Assembly: GCF_964355755.1 (NCBI RefSeq)
Contig: NC_092671.1
Span: 13,454,001 to 13,518,000 of the forward strand
Origin: Antedon mediterranea
Lineage: Eukaryota; Animalia; Echinodermata
DNA: 64,000 nucleotides
Direction of reading: 5' to 3'
Below, one piece after another: positions 13,801 through 24,007 of the stretch; positions within the stretch are counted from its first letter, which is position 1; each line of letters begins with the position of its first letter. The notes below the pieces were generated by a model, which had not been told where the DNA came from, did no database searches, and worked only from the letters and a program-made list of their open reading frames with translations. The position numbers and the translations under genes were made by a program.

Positions 13801-16436
13801 TACGCATGTAAAGTGTAGATATTCCACTCGACAAGTTTTAAAACGGTAGTTTTTTTTTTATTGTTAAATTGTAACTGTTGGCGCCGATTTTATATTGGGG
13901 GGGGGGGGGGAGGTGTTCGGTACTGAATGTGAACAGTACACATTTTTAAATATGGTATCTCTACATGTCCGGAAATTACACTCTCTCAAAAAAAGGGGTT
14001 TTTTTTCCGTAGTGTGTAATATTAAATCAACCACAACCACAACCGTAAGATGAGAACATTTTAGGAACAATGGACATGTTAATTGTAACAGGCCCACAAG
14101 CTAAATTATATTATTTCATTCTGTTTTTTTTTTCATTATTTAAGTTTGTGATAATGTGTGTAACCAGGGAGATGTAAAATAAATTTATAAATTAGTTTAC
14201 ATCTCCCTGTGTGTGTAACGTAGGCCTAGGCCTAAGTAATTAAGTGTCATACAGTCGTAAAGTTGACATTCACCCCCCCGCCCCTCAATATTAAATCGGC
14301 GCCAACAGTTACAATTTAACAATAAAACAATAAATGTGCGAACAACTACCGTTTAAAACTTGTCGAGTGGAATATCTACACTTTACATGCGTAAATGCGA
14401 ATGATGTACAAAACTGACTATGGAAAGTATGAAAATTAAAAAATAGTATATCAACTGACATATACGTAAGCAGAGCCAAAAACTAACATTTGAAAAGTTG
14501 TCGAATGAAATGTTATCACATGAAATCACGAACAAGCGAACGGTGTGTAATACTGGCCAATCGAAAGTAGGTGATTGAAATGCAACACTTTAACTCAAGA
14601 AAATACGTTCGGTGCGAAAAATCGCCGTTTGGAAAGTCGATGCTTCAAATATCATGGTTTGAACACGAACAAGCGAACGGTGTGTAATACTGGCCAATCG
14701 AAAGTAAGTGATTGAAATGCAACCACTTTAACTCAAGAAAATACGTTCGGTGCGAAAAATCGCCATTTGGAAAGTCGATGCTTCAAATATCATGGTTTGA
14801 ACTCACGAACGGGCGTATCGTGTGCAAAACAGTTGTTTAAACTGTTGAACAGACGAACGGTGTATAAAACAGGCAATGTATTAGAATTAGAATTCAATGA
14901 ACTATAATTAAGATGCTTTGTTTGAAATGTTCATGAACTACATGAAATGTTGATAAATGAGTTGGCTAATATATACTTGTATTAACGTTAGATTAATTCA
15001 ATTATTGCTGCCTGGGCTCAACATTCTTTAGATGGTTTGTGTTATGGGTAGTTTGTTCGGCGTATTGTCGTTTGGGCTAGTGGTAGATGGTCACACATTG
15101 TATTGGATGGTGTAGATACTAGGTGAATGGTTTAAGTTTTCATTGAACTGCATGAGATAATATTGGATGGTTTGAATTTTGTACGAATTAATTATTGGTG
15201 GATGGTATGTATTATGTATTTTTGGCGGGTTTGGCTTTCCATAGTAGTGGTATACATAGTTTGATAGTGTAGACAGAGCTTAATAAAGGTAATCTATAGT
15301 CTTATTTTACATTAAAAAAACAACCATCTCACAAATACAAACATCACAAAAAACACTAATATAATGGTACGGTAATATTAATTACCATTGCTGAAATTAT
15401 ATTTATGTACACATTTTCAATCTATCACAATTCATTAGCACCTGTATTTAATTATAATATGTTGCCATGGTTTATTATTTGTTATTCAATTATTTAATAT
15501 TATTAAAGCTTTGCAGTGGTCAGATTGGTGTGGAAATATCCTTTTATTATGGCAATAATTAGACTTCACACTCCAAACAATATCACAGAAAATTAAACAT
15601 TATTTAAAAAAATATCTTCAACAAAGATAGTATACTGTATAGGGTGCCTGATGTAATTTGGGTTGGGGAAGTGAATTATGGCTGTGATGCTTGGATTAGA
15701 TAAGAGCATGAGATGTATTACTTTGCATCTACGGTATTACAATAGATTACAATTTACAATCACACATACAATGGGTTTTTTTTAAACACTTTCATCGTAC
15801 TATGATCAAGATTTTAATTAGTCTAAATTCCTGGATGCAAGAAAAGAACACATGATGGTATGGACAGTGACACCTGAAATAATTTGTTAGAATTAGATCA
15901 AGACAAATTTCAACAAATCATTACTACAAGTTACTACTACTACTGTACAACATTAAGAATAAATGTGTTAAGTTAATATAGTATTAATTTGTTGGATTTC
16001 ACAATATATAAATAATAAAACCAATAATAAACGTTTATGGTCTAAAAATCCCTATAAAGATTATATGAACCTACACAACTGATTTATGTACACAATACTA
16101 ATAAATGATGTGCAGTGTGACTTGTGAGTGAATAGATAGACCTTCATATTTATGTAATGTTGTTAGTTAAATATCAAAATAAGTTATTTTGTCACCAAAT
16201 TGCAAAATGAGAAAGTACTAGTTAGAATACAGTAGATCCACTTAGATGATCCTTTCATTTCTTGTTAATTTATTTAATTTAAGTATAGACTTAGATATAA
16301 TTACCTGATCTGTCTTTAATTTAGTAGTAGTTAAATCCTTATGTACTGTTGATACATCACCGTTCATCTTTTCTGGCGAACCTCTCGTCTTGCGGTTCTT
16401 TGATTTCACCCTCTTGCTTGCTCTTTGTCGACCCAT
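1715..16436 (-). CDS. CTDSPL2: CTD small phosphatase-like 2 (SCP4)-like gene, N-terminal ~300 codons; 3' part lies off the left edge
   Basis: Phase-consistent GT-AG exons: 16305-16436, 10037-10123 (or -10150), 6101-6218, 5711-5821, 3086-3295, 2223-2337, 1715-1832. The translation contains CTDSPL2 hallmarks [22 protein letters not shown] and EEWEVFDP|[10 protein letters not shown]...[19 protein letters not shown], and ends just before the expected DxDET catalytic motif. Confidence 0.92.
2223..2337 (-). CDS. CTDSPL2: CTDSPL2-like exon (...[11 protein letters not shown])
   Basis: Acceptor ctgtag, donor gtaag, 115 nt, phase 1 to 2; conserved WEVFDP. Confidence 0.92.
3086..3295 (-). CDS. CTDSPL2: CTDSPL2-like acidic low-complexity exon
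   Basis: Acceptor aacag, donor gtaaa, 210 nt, phase 1 to 1, open frame GIGNDSKEG...DNSYR. Confidence 0.85.
5711..5821 (-). CDS. CTDSPL2: CTDSPL2-like exon ([15 protein letters not shown])
   Basis: Acceptor ttgcag, donor gtaag, 111 nt, phase 1 to 1; resembles the vertebrate LLGTIFSPVFNFF motif. Confidence 0.88.
6101..6218 (-). CDS. CTDSPL2: CTDSPL2-like exon ([20 protein letters not shown]...)
   Basis: Acceptor ttacag, donor gtaagt, 118 nt, phase 0 to 1; basic NLS-like RKRRR and an STP motif. Confidence 0.82.
7670..7848. mobile_element. Degenerate Harbinger-type MITE fragment
   Basis: GC-rich island starting GACACCATTAACACTT, with AGTGTAAACAC and GGCCGG motifs like the element at 26767-27830; no second TIR seen. 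Confidence 0.35.
10037..10123 (-). CDS. CTDSPL2: CTDSPL2-like exon ([29 protein letters not shown])
   Basis: Donor AAG|gtaagc. Acceptor ccag follows a pyrimidine tract; an in-frame alternative acceptor lies at 10150. Phase 0 to 0. SLISSIK resembles vertebrate LLSSIKK. Confidence 0.72.
12884..15279. mobile_element. Short MITE (93 bp when reconstituted) split by the foldback element
   Basis: TIRs GCTCTGTCTACACTATCAAACTA / TAGTTTGATAGTGTAGACAGAGC, flanked by TTAA on both sides (12880-12883, 15280-15283). Confidence 0.8.
12947..15243. mobile_element. Non-autonomous foldback DNA transposon, IS3EU-like
   Basis: Near-identical inverted arms of about 960 bp (12947-~13910, ~14273-15243). Termini TATGGAAAGCC...GGCTTTCCATA and an exact 6-bp TSD GTAGTG (12941-12946, 15244-15249). 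TAY..RTA ends with a 6-bp TSD match IS3EU. Confidence 0.85.
16305..16436 (-). CDS. CTDSPL2: CTDSPL2-like first coding exon ([18 protein letters not shown]...TDQ)
   Basis: ATG at 16436, acceptor atacag at 16454-16455, donor CAG|gtaatt, phase 0; basic N-terminus. Confidence 0.75.
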
Positions 16437-19400
16437 TGATCTGCTAACCGTACCTGTATATAAACAAAAACAATTACTGTATATCTAATTGCTTTCTCAT
16501 AATATACCAACATCTGGTATTAGAAGCTATCATTAACATTAATCATGTACACCATAGCTAGCACATTCATAATAGGCTAGATTGTTATCTGAACATTATA
16601 TGTGTAGTATTATTAGAGAACTTGTGTTATTTCTTACGATACTACAGCATCAGTCTGCAGCATTTCGCACATTTTTCACTTTTTGGCAAACTTGCCAAAT
16701 TCCATTTGAAATGGGAAGCTTCAATTTCCTGCTTATTGCATCAATCGGAAGTTTTTCTTTTTATGCATTACAAAAACTTGTTTTTTATACATAAATTCTA
16801 GTTTGTTATAAATTATCAAATGTCTATTTCGTCCATGTAATTGAGCTGGGCGGAAATCAATGGGGTCAGATAGCTCATTCTATCTAGCTTACAGTTCTAT
16901 AAATCTGTCCAAATGTATTTTAAATTGTCATCCCCCAACCACCTTGATCTTCACTACAAACCACATTGTAAAACAGTCTTTTTAAAACCTCCTGGTATCT
17001 TGCCAACGACAGTGCATACTTTCTGCCACCCACCCTAAAAATGTATTGAGCACGTTATTACTAAACATATCATTTAAAAGCGTGGGTTTCATATCCTGTT
17101 TGCCTTTTGATTTGTACAGAATTGGCTATTTTTTTACTATTAAATGTAGACTTAATAGTATAAATTCTTATAAAATGGTGACCAGAATACTATTGGTAAA
17201 TGATTCTTAAATTCACCTACTACCTAACTGAAGCTTAGGCAGAAATTAGGAAATAACATATTTATTATGTATAATGTTTTTTTTTTTTTTTATAGACTTA
17301 TTACTAATTACTATAAAAAAAGTAAGTACCACGATTTTATGGATGTTTATTATATTTAATGATAAAGTGAGCCCTGGCTGTACAGTATGCATGTTTGTTT
17401 CATCTTGAAATTTCAAAAACAAAAAGGAAGTGTAAATCATATCCGCAATGGTAAAACTGAGTCAGTACATTCTTCTAATATACACAAAATACGCAATGTA
17501 AATGTACAGTACTACGGTAACACTGAGGGTAATTTAACCTGAGCAAAATTAATATAATTAATGCATAATATATCGATTATGCACAGAAAGGGTACTGTTG
17601 TCAGTTGGATAGAGAGAATATAATATAGATACTGTACTAGTAGTAGCACCACCACCAACGACAAGTCATGTGATAAAACTACTCATGTGTATCATCTCAG
17701 TTGAGCAATCAGAATACACACATAGTAAAACAAACAATCAAAGGTTGACCCTACAGTAGGTCAAATGCAATATTGTAAGCATGATTAAATCAATAAACTA
17801 CAAACAACACTAACTACTGTATTCCAAATTTGTAATTGTGACAAATATTATCTCAGATTAATACACAGTAATAGAAATACTGTACTGTACAAATAATTAT
17901 GAGAATTTTAAAGATTTAATTTGAACTGACTGTTTAGGACTAATAATAATATAGATTATGGGTATTGTTGTATATAGTATTGTAAGCACTTTTAATGTTA
18001 TTTTTCTATAGTTGTAGTAGTAGCTGGGTGGGTGCAAAATGTAATATTGAAAAAAGTCATTTTATAAAGGAGAGTTGTATTAAGGAAAATTTAATGATAC
18101 TGATTGTAATAATGGTAATAACATTACATAGGGCTAGTAAAATCCACAGTTAGGTTTACAGTAAGTAGCCCTGGGTGTAGTGTCAGTTCTTTAGGTGGAA
18201 AATAAAGGTGTGGCAAGGCATACTAATTATGGTATTAAGTTGCTAGTAATCAATTTTCAATCAATTAAATTTCATAAAAACAAAAGAAACAACTTATTTT
18301 GTATAAATATCGTAATTTGTGACTGTTACAAAGTATACAAAAAATACTGCTGTTTTATCAGGGTTGAAATTTGCATATGACAATGTTGCATTGTTGTATT
18401 AAAGATACTGAATAAAGTATTGAATAGCTGTTCATAATGGAGACCCATTAACTCTCTCACTTTCAGTTATTTGTAATCAGTAACTGTAATTCTAATTATT
18501 AATTAATTTTTTAGTATTTATATTAATAAAAAACGATCTAAAAATTATTCCCAATTTGTTAATTCACATAATTGATAATATGAGGCTGATCAACAATCTC
18601 TCAACGTGCAGTATAGTATAGTATATATAGTATTTTTAGAAGGTTGAACAGCGCCAGTGAGTTATCATCAATTGTATTGCATTCCCAAGCAACATATCAA
18701 ATTGATGTTCTGAGCATAAATTTATAAGGGAATATCTTGAATGTTTAACTGTAAGTAGATGGTATAAAATGAGAAAACATACAAGAGCACAAATTCAAAT
18801 TATCAGCAAGATCTCCTGCTTGAGGGCATAGTTCATGGACTATACCATTTGTGGAAAGGGGTGTTCAATTAAAATTTCTACTTTTCGAGTTATATTTCAC
18901 TCTTGAGGAAAAATGCTAATTGTCGTGTTTATCCAGGTAAGCTAGGCATAAAAAAGTATTTCCAAAAGTAGATTATCTTTTGCTTTAATGAATCTAAATT
19001 AATACAAATGCCCTACCCACTAAAACTACACAAGAAATGTACAATGTCTTGTACTAAGCATTGGTTTTATTATACCTATGAATAATGTACTAAAGCTTTG
19101 ACACTGACAGTTCATATTGAAAACTCAATGAAATGTGTTTGGTTTCTAAAGAAGGCTTTGACGGTGTAGGAAACCACAATGGTGATCAATAATTTATAAT
19201 TTGGTTAGTGAGATGTAATGACCCAGTTAAAGGGCATCAATCGGTAGTATGACAGAATTGTGTACAAAATATTGCTTGATATCCTTACATTCAATTATTA
19301 ATACCGTCAGATATGATACAGTACTCATTATTGTTTAGTTATTGCAGAGTATCGATTACAAAGTAAACATCAGTCATTTTCATTTCTAATTCAGGATTTA

Positions 19401-21989
19401 GTAATTTCACTTATTTTAAATAATAGTTAATACTTTAATGAAAATATATAAAGCTAAATTTCTTAGAATGTCACAAAATGTTGGGGTGTTTTTTTGCCAC
19501 AAATAAATATAAAGAATTAATTCATGTGTCGAAAAAAGAGCTGATTGCATTACTATCTACTTCATTTCAGACATTGTATTATTAAAATTAATTGATTTCC
19601 TATGTAATGGTGTTTAGTTTATTATGTCTATAGAATTTATTATTAATACATCATATTCAGATTTTTTATCGCGAAATAATTAATATTACATGTATTTTAT
19701 GACTATCTTGTTTTTTAATATTATAATTTAAATCTAAATTAAATTATGTTAAAAAAAATTCTAGATTTTATTTTCCTCGGAGTTAAAAATATATATCCAT
19801 TTATATATACGTATAGAAAAATTGAAAATTTGTATTTATTATGATTAAGTTATAGTTAAATCATATATTATTTATTATACAGCTACAACACATCCTTCCA
19901 GCACTTAACAATAAGGGCGATGCTAAAATACTAAACTCGATTACTCAATCGTTATTGACAGGAAAGGAAAAGGATGTAATAGTGTAGTGTTATTTGATTA
20001 AATTATGTTGCTTTTTGTTGGCTTATTAATATTCATGAACAAGAGTACAGACATTATAATTACCTTGTGAAATCTTTCAAGCTTTAGTAGAATAATAAAT
20101 CAGCTGAATCAGTCTGAATACTGTACATTCTTAAAGAAACATGGCCTATATTTCAAAAATCAATACCACTATGTTTTTTTGTAGTAAAAATTAGGAATCT
20201 TCTGTAAGTGACTGAGCATGACTAATGAGCTGCTCAGCATTATGTTATATGGCCAATCTCCCACGAGTCCATCCGCCAATGACATTGATACAATTTTATC
20301 TTGTTGATAACATAACAATGAAGAATTTTTTTACATAGTAATTACGATATTATAATTATTATAGTACTGTAGTAGCAACATGGGTAGTTCAGCAAAATAT
20401 TTCTTTAGTTTTTATAAATTCAATTAAAAAAAATTTGGATTCAATTGAGATAAGTCTGTAGCAACAAAATTAATAAAGTAAACAAAAAGAAATCAATTTA
20501 ATTCCTTCTGGAAATACTCTTATTGTTTTGCCACTGCTTAATTCCATAATATTTATGTAATAATAGCTCAAAGTAGGAATAAATTAAATTCATAATACAC
20601 CTAATTACAAGCATTCGGTACTTAATTAGTTTATAATTTTTAAAAGTTAAAATACCTATAGCGAGGCATTTAATTAATAGGCAAACTGGTATAATTTTTA
20701 TCCTGAAATAATATTCATCCAATTAAAGCTTTAAATCTTAGCTTAAAATACAAAATATCAATTCTATTTATTTCTTGAATTTAAAAATACAAACCACAAG
20801 ATGGTTGACCTCTAACCCTGAAAATTGGCATGCAGCCAGGTTTTGTTTGATATTCTCTATTGATGATCATTTTCTATTGAATAAATATTGTGGAGTACTG
20901 TAATAATAGTATATTGATATAACAAACCATTTCAATTTGGATTTACTTTCCGTTTTATTTCGGTGACAATTTAAAAGTACCACATTTTTTAGAGTGTTGT
21001 ACTGTATAATTCTACATTATCTAAATACACGTCTACGGTATCTCTGAAATATTAACTATCATATCAACCTACCACCAAATTTTGTGTTTAAATGGAATGG
21101 TACATTGCCAAGTCAGTAGGTATTTAAAATCACATTTGTTGTACAATACTTAGAAGGCGGGGTACAGCTATCTTATAATATGTCGGACATGAATACTGAC
21201 AGCAAATTATATGCACGATTTGCATAATTTTAACGGAAATAGTCATTTCAGTGTGAGCACAATTTGAAAAAACAATGCAATTTAATTGTTAAACCACATA
21301 CAGTTATTTATAAAGATAAATTAAATGCATATATAATAAATAAGAGGATTATTCTGATACAAAGAACACAATGATTTACAATGTTTATTAGTAAAATATC
21401 ACAAACATACATCACAAACAGTACTTTCACGTACCATAGGAAGGATTAGGAAAGATGAAGGGGTTCGGACAATGTACACTAGGAATAGTATGTTATTCCG
21501 TTGCCCGCACTACATTCTTATTTATACGGTTTATGTAGCACATACAAATGAGGTGAGCCAGGACCAGGTACAGTATAACCCATGAATTTATGATGAATGG
21601 GCGGACGGAGGTGTCATTTAATATATCAATTAATAATAATTTAATGAAAAATGCTAAAAAAAAGACATTTTTATACCATAAAATCTTGATATCAACCTAC
21701 CAGTGATAAATGCACACTCCATCCATGCTGGTTAAACATAGTTTGCATTTTGACAATTTTTTAAACTTATCAAATACGTTTAGGCCTGACCTATCACTAG
21801 GCCCTATATCAAATAATGGCCAGCTCACTTGCCAATTGGCTATCTCCCAGCTCAGTCATCACTCACATTAACAGTGCAGTGAAACCACAGATCAGAAGGC
21901 GGTAAGGTACAAACATCGTAGGTAAAATGTCTTCAACTATTTGCATTATACAGAAAAAGATTGCAGTTGAATTATAAACAGAAACTTAC

Positions 21990-22150
21990 CACACTAACAA
22001 ACCAAACTTTCTACGACCACTAGTAGTGTACATACGGCCCAGGGTCAACGCCTTTAGGCTAAGAATCTCGAAACAGATTGCGAACTTGCCATATCTCTCC
22101 CCTGCAGCTAGCGCTCCGTTAGTCCGTTTCCTTCTTTGATCGGCAATGGT
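21990..22150 (-). other. Probable non-coding first exon (5' UTR) of the CTDSPL2-like gene
   Basis: Strong donor G|gtaagt at 21989-21984 at the edge of a CpG-enriched patch; the start position is approximate. Confidence 0.5.
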
Positions 22151-23782
22151 GTCAAATTTGAGTGGGAAAAGGCGCCACCTTGCGAACGAATCCGGCAGTC
22201 TAGTCCCTGTTTATTTTTTTCCAGAATATTTTATAAAACTCCAAAATTGTTTTTACGGGTGACGATCGACCCCCAATAAAATAACTGAACTAACTAAGTT
22301 AGTAGTCTGATTCATATATAGCGCGAAAATAGAAATCTATTGTTAAAAACGTAAAATTAAAGTTATATTAACTATAGTCATCTGAAAACATTTTCCCACC
22401 GACCGCTGGCCGTATTTATTTATTTTAAACATTTGAGTGTATACAAAAATAGAGATTAGGTGCTTATTCAAAAACAAATCCTAAAAATTATGAAAAATGA
22501 GAAATAATCATTAGAATTATGATCAATATACATTTTTGGCCTGCACTTCCTTATTATATCTGACCATAGAGATAAAGGTGTAGTTTTAATATTTGTAGAT
22601 ACTGCATCATCTGAATAACCTTACTTCAGACCTCTGAACCATGGACGTATAAATATAACTCCATGTCCCAACTCTCCAGATTATGACGATATTTCGATTC
22701 AACTCCCGCTGCTGATCCGCTAAAATTCATTTTTTACTATATTTTGGATATTTAAACCAACAAAATCTCCCGATAATTTATCGTTTTCTATTAGTAGACT
22801 ACTACTACTAGTACTACTGACTCTACTACAGAATCGAAAACATAATCAATTCATGCATAATAAGTTGGGACCGCATTCTTCACCTTTGGGTTTTATTTGG
22901 CTCGTCTGATATCTTTATAGCTCTGTTTTTTTTATAGCGCCCTCTTTCGTTTGATGTATTATTATAGCGTCCTCTATAGTTTCATAAAACCTCTTGTTTA
23001 ATTTTTCCAAGTTGCGAGGTCTGCAATTTTTCATATGCTGCCTCAATTGCTTGATGCACGTAATAACTCGTTTTCCATAAGATCAATAAAATTTGAATTT
23101 GTGCCAATTCCAAACGTAATTTCAATTTGTATCGACACTAAAATTGTATACAAATGTTTAAATAATAAATCCTAATCATATTGAAAACAAATATTGGTAC
23201 GTAGGCGCACCTACCACAGTTATGGTTTATTATTATTATTATGTATTATATCTAAAACGTTTGTTATAAATACTGTTTACTATGCTGCATGCATAAAGTT
23301 TAAATATAAATTTCTAAACTCTGTATTGTACATATTATTTTTCTTTGATTTTCTGATGAATTAATGTGTTCATATTCGTAATTCGTTATTTATATCGTTC
23401 GATTTTCTGATTTAATATTAAGGCTTAATTATCGCAAAATGTATCGCAAATAGTTAGGCCTGTCGATATAATTCGACTTTAACATTACTCTAAAATAATA
23501 ACGTAGGCCTTTGGTTGTTTTTTTAATCAAAATTGAAATTTAAACAAATAATTTTAATGGCAAACATGTTTAGCGCCCTCTAAATATTGAACTTAGATAT
23601 GGCATGTTTCATGCAGCGCATGTGTGAAACGTTCGTAAATGCACTGTTCGTGTTTTTCGGATATTTCATCCGGTTCACGCCCCGTATACTCACGAGAGAA
23701 TTTCAAGCCCCGTGACGAGTGTTGAGTAGAGGCCGATTTTGCACGATTTATCTACACAAATAAGGGGGAAAATACTGCCATT
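22150..23782. promoter_or_regulatory. Divergent (head-to-head) promoter region between CTDSPL2-like and CerS1-A
   Basis: CpG-enriched patches at both ends; CTCF-like cores GGCGCCACCTTGCG (22171), TAGCGCCCTCT (22935, 23571) and TAGCGTCCTCT (22965). Confidence 0.5.
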
Positions 23783-24007
23783 ATGGGCGGTGAAGGTTTT
23801 TTATTTATTCCAGACTATATAGGACTATTTTACGGTCTGATTTTTGAACTTCCAGAGTATATACGCAATGAGCCCGTGGAGCCGGAGGGATTTATTGGCG
23901 AATTCAGAAAGTACGGCCGATACGAAAACACAGATTTGTTCATTATCGTTTTGCTAGCTTGTGTATGGACATTTGTAAGACATATCTTTACCAAATATAT
24001 ATTCAAG
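23783..24007 (+). CDS. CERS1: CerS1-A exon 1
   Basis: ATG...FK|gtaggc, 225 nt; IPDY and the WTFVR transmembrane segment resemble the CERS1 N-terminus. Confidence 0.88.

Noticed and set aside
22640-22872. Possible small MITE (GTCCCAACT...AGTTGGGAC) in the divergent promoter
   Set aside because: Only 9-bp inverted ends and no TSD; too weak to call.
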